Shown: in pieces, positions 8,714 to 17,722 of the stretch
How the letters are laid out: every line of letters begins with the position of its first letter
Position numbering within the stretch: the stretch's first letter is position 1
From: a virus
DNA length: 62,074 nucleotides
IMG/VR virus record: IMGVR_UViG_3300045988_098821
Reading direction: 5' to 3' (one strand)
Position numbers and translations under genes: made by a program
The notes under the pieces: model-generated
Told to the model about the DNA's origin: nothing
What the model saw: only the letters and a program-made list of their open reading frames with translations
The model's database searches: none

Positions 8714-9331
8714 ATGTCATCTGAGATTGAAAAAGCGCAGAATTTCGGCAACATGCTTGCTAAATCAAGAACAGATGCCGGAAAAACAAGAAAACAAATG
8801 GCTCAAGCTCTCGGAAAATCAGTCACTACAATTCAGAACTGGGAATCCGGAATAGGTGAGCCTGGTTACAGAACACTTGAGAAGTGGTTCTCGGTGCTAG
8901 GATTAAACATGGAAAAGTACATTCTCAGCTACCGATACCCTGATAAATTCTTGACTGTTGACAATACAGAAATTGAAAAGATGGTTGACTGTATTCATGC
9001 TTACATAAACACAAGCTACACTGAGAGAGATATTCGTCAAATGGCTTACTGCATGTTCGGTGACACTGGTTCCTCATGGCACGAGCAATTGAATATGCTT
9101 ACAGCTAACAATCACTGCTCTATGCGATCGAGAGTGAATATCTGTCAAGCTGTTTACGACAACTTCCTTATGGAAAAAGCAAGAGGTGAGCTTGTCAATG
9201 AAGATAATACAATGCCTGACCTTGCTTCTTTGAATATTGCTTTGCAAAGAGGTCGTGAAGCCGCATGTGAAAACAAAAACGGTTACACAATGACTGGTCA
9301 AACAAGAAAGAATAACGATAAAAAGAAATAA
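8714..9331 (+). CDS. XRE-family HTH protein (205 aa)
   Basis: ATG 8714 (MSSEIEKAQNFG...); RKQMAQALGKSVTTIQNWESG HTH; C-terminal domain unknown. Confidence 0.6.
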   Translation: MSSEIEKAQNFGNMLAKSRTDAGKTRKQMAQALGKSVTTIQNWESGIGEPGYRTLEKWFSVLGLNMEKYILSYRYPDKFLTVDNTEIEKMVDCIHAYINTSYTERDIRQMAYCMFGDTGSSWHEQLNMLTANNHCSMRSRVNICQAVYDNFLMEKARGELVNEDNTMPDLASLNIALQRGREAACENKNGYTMTGQTRKNNDKKK

Positions 9332-9334
9332 AAA

Positions 9335-9369
9335 GAACCCGGGAATTTCACCCGGGATTTTTGTTTTTT
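9335..9369. terminator. Bidirectional intrinsic terminator
   Basis: CCCGGG-aatttca-CCCGGG (9338-9356) flanked by an A-run and a T-run, between convergent genes. Confidence 0.75.
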
Positions 9370-9384
9370 AGAACAGTTGCAGTC

Positions 9385-10455
9385 TTACTCAATCCAAGCC
9401 TGGAACTTGTCAATGAATCTGTATTTGTCTCCGGCGAATCCGTCCATGCCACTTGCTTTCAGTGTATCGACCTGATCTGCGTAGAAGTTAGGATTGTTCT
9501 GTACAGAAACTCTGTAGTGGACCATCTTGTACTTATATCCTTCCGGTGTAATGTAGTACAGCTCAACTGCAAGAATCTCTGAACCATCTCCGAGGATTCC
9601 ATTGACCTTGTCATTCAGATTGTAGCTGTTGCCGAATGTAAGGTATGGCAGCCAACCATTCTTTCTTGTATATACTCTACAGCGAATACTTCCTTTGCTT
9701 ACTTTAATGGCAAGCCACTTGATTGGCACATTGTCACCTTTGCCAGCCCAGTCCGCCTTGTTCGTTACTGCCGGCCACCACTTAGTTGTATAAGCCTGAT
9801 ATGTAATATCGACATGTCCTAAGTCTTTCTTTTCCATTGGCTTAGATGGTGCTGACGGTGTAACAGGCTGAACAGTTCCACCAAACTCCATGTAACAATG
9901 GTTCACATCTACTCTTCCGCTGACTCCATCTACATGACCATCGGATGAATACTGCCAAATTGCATACTGACCATTGTAAGTATCTTCCGGAAGATTCTTG
10001 TATCTTGCCATCCACTCAACATACTTTCCACGAACACTGCCAAGGTAGTTGTTGAACCAACTCAGTGATGCGTAGATTCCCGGAGTATACCCATTCGCTT
10101 TGAGTCCTTCACAGACAATTTCACAGCATCTAGGAGCATAGTTCTGTGTTCCTGGCTCTTCCACATCAATGAAAATAGGTAACTGGAATGTATGCCCTTT
10201 AATCAGCCTTAAGATGTGAGCAAGTTCGCTCTGTGCCTGTCTGTCGCAAGTTGCATAGCTATACAAATAGACTCCAACCGGAATTCCAAGTCTTTCGCAC
10301 TCTGCAAGGTTTCTCACCCACTGCTTATCGTCCTGTGATGCGATATCATCTCCATATCCACATCTAAGGATAGCTCCGGCACAACCTGATGCCTTGACTC
10401 TTTCCCAGTTGATAACTCCGTTATGATAGCTTACATCAATGATTAACTTACTCAT
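9385..10455 (-). CDS. Endolysin: GH25 muramidase with C-terminal putative cell-wall-binding domain
   Basis: MSKLIIDVSYHNGVINWERVKASGCAGAILRCGYG...IPVGVYLYSYA...LPIFIDVEE is a GH25 signature. ATG 10455 preferred over the GTG at 10464. Confidence 0.85.
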   Translation of the reverse strand: MSKLIIDVSYHNGVINWERVKASGCAGAILRCGYGDDIASQDDKQWVRNLAECERLGIPVGVYLYSYATCDRQAQSELAHILRLIKGHTFQLPIFIDVEEPGTQNYAPRCCEIVCEGLKANGYTPGIYASLSWFNNYLGSVRGKYVEWMARYKNLPEDTYNGQYAIWQYSSDGHVDGVSGRVDVNHCYMEFGGTVQPVTPSAPSKPMEKKDLGHVDITYQAYTTKWWPAVTNKADWAGKGDNVPIKWLAIKVSKGSIRCRVYTRKNGWLPYLTFGNSYNLNDKVNGILGDGSEILAVELYYITPEGYKYKMVHYRVSVQNNPNFYADQVDTLKASGMDGFAGDKYRFIDKFQAWIE

Positions 10456-10624
10456 ACCAGCCACCTTCTTTCAGTTCTGCTTTCTTCTGTTCAATCTCCG
10501 CAGCGTGTTCCTCTGCAAACTTCTGCATAACTTCAAGTGATGTCCCCTCGTTATCGGAAATCTCCTTTGCGGATAATCCGTAGGCGAAACTCTTAATTAT
10601 TTCTTTAATTGTCTGTTCTGTCAT
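10448..10624 (-). CDS. Small protein (58 aa), possible HTH
   Basis: Hand translation MTEQTIKEIIKSFAYGLSAKEISDNEGTSLEVMQKFAEEHAAEIEQKKAELKEGGWYE; stop overlaps the endolysin start. Confidence 0.5.
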   Translation of the reverse strand: MTEQTIKEIIKSFAYGLSAKEISDNEGTSLEVMQKFAEEHAAEIEQKKAELKEGGWYE

Positions 10625-10689
10625 GATTATTCTCCTTTCTGTTTCAGATGTAACTCGTCAATTTCCATGTTTCCTCCTTAAATTTTGAG

Positions 10690-10716
10690 TATAAAAATAA
10701 GACCTTTCGGTCTTGC
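10690..10716 (-). terminator. Intrinsic terminator between the DGR/tail genes and the lysis genes
   Basis: Minus-strand AAGACC-GAAA-GGTCTT followed by ATTTTTA. Confidence 0.55.
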
Positions 10717-10834
10717 TCTGATTTCCATGCATTTACCTCTTAGCCGCTTAATTCCATCGTTCTCGACTCGATTTCATTAGTAATTTCATGCAGTAATTCA
10801 ATCAATTCCGAGATTGTCATGTTTCCTAATTCCA

Positions 10835-10987
10835 TTACTTTTCCAGTGCCTCACGGATTGCCTCAAGGTCATCCACTGTAAGTGCTGGATAATCTGCCGC
10901 AATATCCTCAAAAGACTCTCCGTTTTTAAGACGGATTTTAAATGCTCTTACCATGATTTTCAATTTAAGTGTGTTCAATGTTTTCAT
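10835..10987 (-). CDS. Small hypothetical protein (50 aa)
   Basis: Hand translation MKTLNTLKLKIMVRAFKIRLKNGESFEDIAADYPALTVDDLEAIREALEK; TAATG overlap with the upstream ORF. Confidence 0.45.
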   Translation of the reverse strand: MKTLNTLKLKIMVRAFKIRLKNGESFEDIAADYPALTVDDLEAIREALEK

Positions 10988-11313
10988 TATGCTTCTCCTC
11001 CAATCAAATCAGCCATTATTAAGATGATATCGTCTGTAGTTGCTTCTAATGTATCGATACGTTCTGTATCCGTCCCAACCTCATTCTCATAGTCAAGGTA
11101 CTTACCTGGGTTAGCTTTTACATCGTCCAAATCGAGAGTGCCGGTAGGCTCTGAGATTTCCTTGTAATCATATTCATGATAAGTCTGTTTCTCTTCCTGT
11201 CCCTCTGGAATCTCTGTCACAATGTTCTCATTCAGGCAGATATAGATATAATCTATTCCGTCAATCTGTCTAACAGTAACACTTTCTTGCGCAGTGTCGA
11301 ATCTTGCTTTCAT
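10987..11313 (-). CDS. Acidic hypothetical protein (108 aa) downstream of the DGR reverse transcriptase
   Basis: ORF track; strongly D/E-rich; overlaps the RT 3' end by 44 nt. Confidence 0.55.
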   Translation of the reverse strand: MKARFDTAQESVTVRQIDGIDYIYICLNENIVTEIPEGQEEKQTYHEYDYKEISEPTGTLDLDDVKANPGKYLDYENEVGTDTERIDTLEATTDDIILIMADLIGGEA

Positions 11314-12466
11314 GTGATATCACTCCCTTACATATTTGAATCGTTTTGTTTGCGTTGTATCTTCTTTTTATATTGTAGCTATCCGTGTGGTCTAAGATGC
11401 CTTTGTATGACATGCACTTCCTTGCAAGCCATAATGGAATCTTCTTCCTCTGCTTCACAAGGGATTGTGCTTTCTTGTACGACCGCCTCACTCTTAAGAA
11501 AACTCTTCTTCTAATTGTGATATGCTGTCTGTATATGCGGACACCCATAATATCAATAAAATGACCATCATCTTTGCGTTTTGCGACCGTTGTATATACC
11601 GTCCAACTGTCTTTAATTTCCAATCCCATTTCATCCGCTTTCTGAATAATCAGCCTCATAGCCTTGTGAATGTCTTTTGCATTCGTGCCGAGAATCAAAA
11701 TATCATCCATGAAGAAAAGCTGGTGTTTCACAAGATTAATTCTTTCTGTTGTTCCGCTTCTTTTCTTTCTGATGCGATACATATTCTCCGCTATTTCATG
11801 GTAGATTTGAGATAGGAATAGGTTGCAAAGATACTGACTTAAATATGAACCAATGCTCAATCCTGTGTCGAATGTCATGATTAACATTTCTATCAGTTCA
11901 AGTAGTGATTCATTCTTAATGTATTTCCGAAGAAATTCCATTAATTTGTTTCTGTCTATTGATGGATAACATTTGCTGATATCGCATTGACCAGCGTATC
12001 TGATATTTTTGTTTCTCATCCATCGTTTTATTGCTTTGATACCGTAGGATTGACCTCTACCTTTCAGTGCTGCACATTGGTATTCTCCAATTCGCTTTAA
12101 GAAGTCTTTCATAGCTTCTACTGCGATATAATCGTAGATTTGCTGTTTAATGTTCTGAATTCCGATTCTTCGCACTTTCTGACTGGAAGCGTCAATCTTT
12201 TCTTTGTACCATATTGGTTGAAAGTGAATATTGCCTTGAATGATTTCTTCACGTACTCCGTCAACCACTGTTTCAACCATCGGTTTCATTCCGTTTAATC
12301 CGGACTCATTGAACATTCCTTTAATAGTGTCTGTCGAAAGTCCAGTGTATTCAGAAAACATTGTCAATGAATCTCTTCTTTTGTATTTCTTTTTAAGGCA
12401 TTTGTATACTGCCTTTTGAATCAGTTTTCTATCTGTTATATCGACCGTTTTGCAATACGTCTTCAT
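11270..12466 (-). CDS. DGR reverse transcriptase
   Basis: IGSYLSQYLCNLFL ([ILV]GxxxSQ) and FFMDDILILG (YxDD-type box). ATG 12466 (MKTYCKTVDITDRK) preferred; the 42 upstream codons of the track ORF cover the TR-RT spacer. Confidence 0.9.
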   Translation of the reverse strand: MKTYCKTVDITDRKLIQKAVYKCLKKKYKRRDSLTMFSEYTGLSTDTIKGMFNESGLNGMKPMVETVVDGVREEIIQGNIHFQPIWYKEKIDASSQKVRRIGIQNIKQQIYDYIAVEAMKDFLKRIGEYQCAALKGRGQSYGIKAIKRWMRNKNIRYAGQCDISKCYPSIDRNKLMEFLRKYIKNESLLELIEMLIMTFDTGLSIGSYLSQYLCNLFLSQIYHEIAENMYRIRKKRSGTTERINLVKHQLFFMDDILILGTNAKDIHKAMRLIIQKADEMGLEIKDSWTVYTTVAKRKDDGHFIDIMGVRIYRQHITIRRRVFLRVRRSYKKAQSLVKQRKKIPLWLARKCMSYKGILDHTDSYNIKRRYNANKTIQICKGVISHESKIRHCARKCYC

Positions 12467-12674
12467 CGATTGTCTTTTTAAGGGCTTTCGGTTTGTACTA
12501 CTAACCCCGACAGATAGGCTAACCCTATCCGCCCTTACTCCTTTCGTCAAAAATAAAAGTTTCAGTAGGTCTATAAAAAGTATTTCGGGCATCTGTCCAA
12601 GAGTCTTTGCAAACTACACTCTTTACGAGTGCGAAATACGACGCAAGGATTTTATATTTAGAAATTAACAATTT

Positions 12675-12767
12675 CAGCCGAGGTAATTCCAGTTCGTCCT
12701 GTCAAGCCTGTTCCTGCAATTCACGTACACTGAGCCAGCATTCGACCCATTCCTGAGATTACCGCGT
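12675..12767 (-). repeat. DGR template repeat (TR)
   Basis: Aligns gap-free with 12860-12952 (offset 185). All 16 differences are T on the given strand, i.e. A on the coding strand. TR codons at variable sites include AAT/AAC. Confidence 0.9.
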
Positions 12768-12852
12768 GCGCCGTAAGTCCTTATATTTCAGCCGGTCGTA
12801 TTAGGGGAGCCCCCTCTTTCCTAGAGGAAATTCACCCCCCAACGACCTCTTC

Positions 12853-14586
12853 TTAATCGCAGCCGAGGAAATACCAGTACGCCCAGCCAAGCCAGCTCCA
12901 GCAAGACACGAACACAGAGCCAGCATGCGACCCATTCCTGAGAGCACCGCGTCCAAGGTCTTCTCGAGTTCCAGATGTAATCTTACCGCCAGCGTAACAT
13001 CTATCGCCCCAACCTTGAGAGTCGCTCTTTCCGATGGCTTTAGCGAACCATGAACAAGTTTCCATATCCACTCCGACATCACCAATCCACCAGTCAGCTC
13101 CATCGTTGCTAGGCATATTCCCAATCAGTTTATATGTGCTCTTGATGGTTGCTTCATCCTTTACGTGCTTCACGCCTCTAGGAGCAATATACATGTCCTT
13201 GCTGTAATCTTCCTTAAACACCATGACCGAATCTGAATATACGATATATCCACCTACTGAATTTTCAATTCCCATGACACGGAATGGATGTTTACCATCT
13301 GTATTCGAACTCATTGAACCATCGTGTTTTCCAATAACCTTATCGGTCGAACCGCTCCGCCAATGCATAGTTGACAGCATAATCTGTGCATTCAGAGTAT
13401 CACTCAATGCTACTGGTGTTGTTGCGAATCCATCTTCGATATCCAAGTACACAGCCTTGTTATTTTCATCGAGCGTTTCAATTCTAAGGACTTTTACATC
13501 ATCAGCGTATCTGTGGATTGTTCCAACTCCACGGTCGTTATTAACCGTATTATCAGTATTTTTTGAGCCATAACCTACAGAAACGTAAGAGCCGACAAGA
13601 ATCTTCGAAGCCTGCGCATTCGTAAGAGGAAAGTAGATTTCTTTTGTATCTCGCTGAATGGATGCTGGAAACTGAGAGTTGTAATCAGTTGTGCCTTTGA
13701 AGATTTTCTGTTCATTCTTTGTAGCATACTTAATCACTTCGTACAGAATGACATACATATTTCTTTCTTTTCCAGCGCCCCAACAGCCTTTTCCTTTTCT
13801 CTGATAATTGTCAATCATGTTGTTGTAACATTGATTTCTAGCTGGTTTAGAACCACTGAATGACCTAAGAAGTCCATCCGTGCCAAGTCCACTGACATAC
13901 TTGCTATGAATCACATAGGAAGCGTAAGTTCCATCTTCTTTTCTAGCCGTTTCCCACGGAATTAATCCGTAATTATCATTCGGAGTGTCGGATAATGTCC
14001 AAACCTGTTTGCCATCTTTCTCAATAGCCGACCAGTACGGAGTCATTGCAATAACACCAACGTCAACAGATCCATCATTCTTATAACCATTTCCCCATCC
14101 CTCGATTGCTGTAGGAATTTTGCGTCCGTAATCATCTGTCACGTAGTTGCAGTTAAACCAGTTAAAAATTCCAATACCCTCATAGTCATCTCTGCCCTCT
14201 ACGGTGTCTGTTGATGGTTCACATACCATGTTCGCATTAGCAAGAGTCTTAACACCGTCAGAGGTTGGGTTTGTTTCTGTCAGATACACTTCTGTCTGAT
14301 ATACTTTTCCATTTCTCATTGACCCGAAGAATGCCTCAAGGATTCTCTCATCAATGGTATCTGTTACATGCTTTACATTCACCATCTCTTCCTTTAGTTT
14401 ATCCACATTCTCTTCCAGCACTGTATAATCCTCTGGGATGCTCTCCAGTGTCTTATTTCCTTTGGCTTCGATCTGTTTGATTAATTCTTCTGTACTCTCT
14501 TCTGCTATGGCATTCATTACTCCGGTATAACTTGTTCCATCTTCATTTTTTACTCTTAGTTTTGTTTTCTTTATGAATACACTCAT
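12853..14586 (-). CDS. DGR target (variable) protein, probable receptor-binding tail protein with C-terminal C-type-lectin-like variable region
   Basis: 577 aa, last gene of the tail module; C-terminus ...GRGALRNGSHAGSVFVSCWSWLGWAYWYFLGCD is encoded by the VR. Confidence 0.85.
   Translation of the reverse strand: MSVFIKKTKLRVKNEDGTSYTGVMNAIAEESTEELIKQIEAKGNKTLESIPEDYTVLEENVDKLKEEMVNVKHVTDTIDERILEAFFGSMRNGKVYQTEVYLTETNPTSDGVKTLANANMVCEPSTDTVEGRDDYEGIGIFNWFNCNYVTDDYGRKIPTAIEGWGNGYKNDGSVDVGVIAMTPYWSAIEKDGKQVWTLSDTPNDNYGLIPWETARKEDGTYASYVIHSKYVSGLGTDGLLRSFSGSKPARNQCYNNMIDNYQRKGKGCWGAGKERNMYVILYEVIKYATKNEQKIFKGTTDYNSQFPASIQRDTKEIYFPLTNAQASKILVGSYVSVGYGSKNTDNTVNNDRGVGTIHRYADDVKVLRIETLDENNKAVYLDIEDGFATTPVALSDTLNAQIMLSTMHWRSGSTDKVIGKHDGSMSSNTDGKHPFRVMGIENSVGGYIVYSDSVMVFKEDYSKDMYIAPRGVKHVKDEATIKSTYKLIGNMPSNDGADWWIGDVGVDMETCSWFAKAIGKSDSQGWGDRCYAGGKITSGTREDLGRGALRNGSHAGSVFVSCWSWLGWAYWYFLGCD
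12860..12952 (-). repeat. DGR variable repeat (VR)
   Basis: Last 31 codons of the target gene; 77/93 identical to TR, with mismatches only opposite TR adenines. Confidence 0.9.
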
Positions 14587-14678
14587 GTGTGACTTCTCCT
14601 TTCTACAGTTGGTTTACTAAATTTTTGCATAGAAAAAGAAAAATATTAACCTCTCCTAATTTTTGCTTTATGCCCTCT

Positions 14679-16640
14679 TTAGCTGAATACTTCAGGAATC
14701 ACACCTTTTATGCTATTAAAAATACAGGTATTTCCATTTTTTGATGGGTGAATACCATCAGACAAAATATTTTCACCATTAACTATACTGTATTCGTCTA
14801 TAAATTTATAGCCAAGTGACTTAATCCAAGGGTTAACTTCTGTAATAAAATTTGCATTATCGGTATCAGTTCTAATTGGAATTGTGGTTAATACTGGTTC
14901 AACACCCATTCTTATAAAATAATCAATTATATTAAGTAGGTTATTTTTAAAAGTATCAACCGTAATTGTTTTTGATACACTATCATTTGCTCCAATTTGT
15001 AAAAAAACAAAATTGTATTTCCCGACATCACCATCTGTTTTAATCCTTTTTAAAAGTTCATTCGTTGTAGCTCCGCCACGCCCCGAAATTGAGCATTTTG
15101 TTCCTAATTCTTTTCTGACAAGATATGCGAATCCTGCATTTGACGGAATCAAAGTGGAAGCTACTTCTATAAAGCTGTCTCCAATTAAAAGAAGATTAAA
15201 ATATTCATCAACTATTGTTTTCTGTGACATTTCCCATATTCTAAACTGCCCACCAAGAGATTGAAAAGCAACTCCACCCCATGCACGTATTTTATTTGAT
15301 AATTGCTCATTATCTGCTATGTGTTCATATTTAAATGTTTTTGTTGTATCAGTAATACACGAAAAACAAAAAATAATACTGTACAATCCGTCTTTCGTTA
15401 TCTCCAAAAGATATTTTTCACCAGTATTAATATCAAAATCAAATGTTAGGTTTCTTTTTACATTATCTGTACCATTCCAATCACTATGGTAGATTTTTAT
15501 AGTTTTGTTAAGTGGACTTATAATGCATTTTAAGCCATTTACTCCACCATCACCATCTTTTGTTCCGAACGCAAAATCTCCCACAGTACCGATAGATACT
15601 AACCATGTTAATTTTTCAAACAGTGGGGATGTCACAGCATTTCGATAAACCGTTCTTCCGTTATTTATATACATAGTACCATATGGTATTGTTTCTTTGT
15701 CCAAATATGCTTTTATTGGTGTATTATCCCCATTTTCTAATACATACATGTCTTCTTGATTGTGGATTGTCCAACATCTTTTTTTAGATGGCGTTATATA
15801 TTTTATTGCTTTATCAGCTTCTTCTTCAACCTTAGCAAGTCTATTTTTGATATTCTTCTTTCCAACGACACGGATATTTTTTTTGGCATAATCCGTTTCC
15901 ATCACAGAGGAATCACTGTTTTTAGCATCAATATATATTATGTCATAAGAATTATCATTGTATTTTTCGGATATAGTATAATCTTTTATAAATTCTGTGT
16001 ATCCAATTAGAACATTTTCATATGTTACAAACCACACTCTAATCGTTGCCAATCCTGTGCATACAATACTACTTCCAACTGGGATTACTCCTTTATCATA
16101 GCTAGGACTTTTTAATCTTAGATGATACGCAGAACTACTTGTATCGGTAAATTCTTTTACTTTTGTCACGCCATTTGATACATATGTTACATGATACCCT
16201 CTGGTGAAACTTATTGGATATTCGTCCAATATATTTTTTAAATCACCTATGTCTTCCTTGAGAGAATTAAATTCCCCCATATCAGGCACTTCCACCTCAT
16301 CATCTTCATCTGAAATCCATACATTATTGTTCGGGTCTGTTGGCTGGTCTTTCTGTCTAACAACAAGATTCTCCCTTAGTTTTCTTGCCTGTCCTCTCAT
16401 GGCATTTCCGATGTTTTTATGGACTTCTCCATCTACATCCGTTCTTCCATCTATAAGTTCTTCATTTAGTAAACTAATTTTTTCTTTGTTTGTTGTAATC
16501 TGCGCCAACTCTTCTTCCGAAATTCCACCTAAATCCCCATCAGACGGAGCGGGAGGGATTAGCGTTTTCTTTTCGATTTCACCCGTGTCTTTGTTCTTTA
16601 CATTTAAAAATGCAGCTTTTCCAATATCACTCGTTGCCAT
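14679..16640 (-). CDS. Tail fibre/baseplate protein with C-terminal SGNH/GDSL esterase domain
   Basis: 653 aa; SGNH blocks LLIGDSFIE, GRGGATT, LQIGANDS, SDGIHPS in the last ~190 aa. Confidence 0.7.
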   Translation of the reverse strand: MATSDIGKAAFLNVKNKDTGEIEKKTLIPPAPSDGDLGGISEEELAQITTNKEKISLLNEELIDGRTDVDGEVHKNIGNAMRGQARKLRENLVVRQKDQPTDPNNNVWISDEDDEVEVPDMGEFNSLKEDIGDLKNILDEYPISFTRGYHVTYVSNGVTKVKEFTDTSSSAYHLRLKSPSYDKGVIPVGSSIVCTGLATIRVWFVTYENVLIGYTEFIKDYTISEKYNDNSYDIIYIDAKNSDSSVMETDYAKKNIRVVGKKNIKNRLAKVEEEADKAIKYITPSKKRCWTIHNQEDMYVLENGDNTPIKAYLDKETIPYGTMYINNGRTVYRNAVTSPLFEKLTWLVSIGTVGDFAFGTKDGDGGVNGLKCIISPLNKTIKIYHSDWNGTDNVKRNLTFDFDINTGEKYLLEITKDGLYSIIFCFSCITDTTKTFKYEHIADNEQLSNKIRAWGGVAFQSLGGQFRIWEMSQKTIVDEYFNLLLIGDSFIEVASTLIPSNAGFAYLVRKELGTKCSISGRGGATTNELLKRIKTDGDVGKYNFVFLQIGANDSVSKTITVDTFKNNLLNIIDYFIRMGVEPVLTTIPIRTDTDNANFITEVNPWIKSLGYKFIDEYSIVNGENILSDGIHPSKNGNTCIFNSIKGVIPEVFS

Positions 16641-16675
16641 GTCGCACCTCCTTACTCAATCGTGATTCCTCTTGT

Positions 16676-16819
16676 CTATGTGTTGTATGTTGCTGTTCCT
16701 GCGGTAACTGGATTTTCTTTTAGATACTCATTAACAGCTGTTGTCACTTGTTCTTGAGTGACAGGATTCTTTATTTTTTCATTGACAATCGCCAATACAT
16801 CTTCTGCTTTCAATGCCAT
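16676..16819 (-). CDS. Small hypothetical protein (47 aa)
   Basis: Hand translation MALKAEDVLAIVNEKIKNPVTQEQVTTAVNEYLKENPVTAGTATYNT; GGAGAA before the ATG. Confidence 0.4.
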   Translation of the reverse strand: MALKAEDVLAIVNEKIKNPVTQEQVTTAVNEYLKENPVTAGTATYNT

Positions 16820-16831
16820 AATTCTCCATCC

Positions 16832-17407
16832 TTAAATAATAGATATGCCACGGGTTGCCGGGTCGAATTCCAACTTCACAGCAACTTTGGAATCGTAGGT
16901 GTTCAATAGCTGCTCAATTAAATCCTTGTTCTTTTCCGCGATCTGCTGAGTAGTTTCCAATCCCTCAAGGACTTCTCCATCAGCCCATGTTGTGTTCCAC
17001 TCTGTCGTAAGAGTACCGTCTGAGTTTGACTTTTTGGCGCAGACAGAGAAGTGGATTCCGTCTGTATATTTCGTTACATTTCGACCAAGAACCCAAGAGA
17101 ATGTGATGTAGTCTCCGCTTGTCACAACATCTTGTACAATGTAGGAGTCTCCCTCTTCATCTGCTTGATTCGGACTTTTGTAGTTGATGTACAGATTCAT
17201 GGTCGCAAGGTTGATGTTGTTTCCAACGATTTTCGGACACTTGAAATACTTTCTCTCAGCCTTTTCATCTGACTGCACACCGAAAAGTCTTTCTGAGTCC
17301 GGTACATTAATCGTCCTTGTCTCTGGTTCAATCATCAGAATGTCATTGACTGGCTTTACAAGCTCCTGTTCTGCCAGTGCTACAGCTAATGCTTCTTGCT
17401 CTGTCAC
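16832..17407 (-). CDS. Tail/baseplate-associated hypothetical protein (191 aa)
   Basis: ORF track; position in the tail module. Confidence 0.55.
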   Translation of the reverse strand: MTEQEALAVALAEQELVKPVNDILMIEPETRTINVPDSERLFGVQSDEKAERKYFKCPKIVGNNINLATMNLYINYKSPNQADEEGDSYIVQDVVTSGDYITFSWVLGRNVTKYTDGIHFSVCAKKSNSDGTLTTEWNTTWADGEVLEGLETTQQIAEKNKDLIEQLLNTYDSKVAVKLEFDPATRGISII

Positions 17408-17718
17408 TACTGCTCCACCTCCGTTCTGTTCGTGGTGAGTCTTCTTCCCTCAGATACGCCTATAACCCTTACTTTGAATGAGATGCTGTCAAGAACTTTT
17501 GACGGGATTTCGCACTCGTTGCCGATAATCGGTCTGAACTCTTCTACTTTGTCCCATGCATCATTGAAAACAGCTACCTTTGCGTATCCGTTCCAATCAT
17601 AGGAAAAAGAAAACTGTGCTTTCAAATATCCCGTTGTCCCTCTTGCGATATCGCTAAAATCACAGTTCTTTGCTTTCTCTATCCTCTGCTCTTTCACGTT
17701 GAATTTTAATGTTCTCAT
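17407..17718 (-). CDS. Tail/baseplate-associated hypothetical protein (103 aa)
   Basis: ORF track; coupled start/stop. Confidence 0.55.
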   Translation of the reverse strand: MRTLKFNVKEQRIEKAKNCDFSDIARGTTGYLKAQFSFSYDWNGYAKVAVFNDAWDKVEEFRPIIGNECEIPSKVLDSISFKVRVIGVSEGRRLTTNRTEVEQ

Positions 17719-17722
17719 AACA

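Larger units (their letters stand above)
11270..14586 (-). other. Diversity-generating retroelement cassette (target gene with VR, then TR, then RT)
   Basis: Gap-free 93-nt TR/VR pair with adenine-only mismatches, next to an RT carrying the DGR-type IGSYLSQ motif. Confidence 0.9.

Noticed and set aside
10987-11313. Small ORF next to the RT considered as the DGR accessory protein Avd.
   Set aside because: It is strongly acidic and lies downstream of the RT. Avd proteins are basic four-helix-bundle proteins, usually located between the target gene and TR.
12467-12592. The N-terminal extension of the RT ORF (MPEILFIDLLKLLFLTKGVRADRVSLSVGVSSTNRKPLKRQS).
   Set aside because: It covers the structured TR-RT spacer and has no RT-like sequence. 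ATG 12466 begins the conserved part.
12801-13124. 107-aa ORF overlapping the VR and the target gene 3' end in another frame.
   Set aside because: It is nested out of frame inside a well-supported gene and runs across the non-coding hairpin region, so it is spurious.
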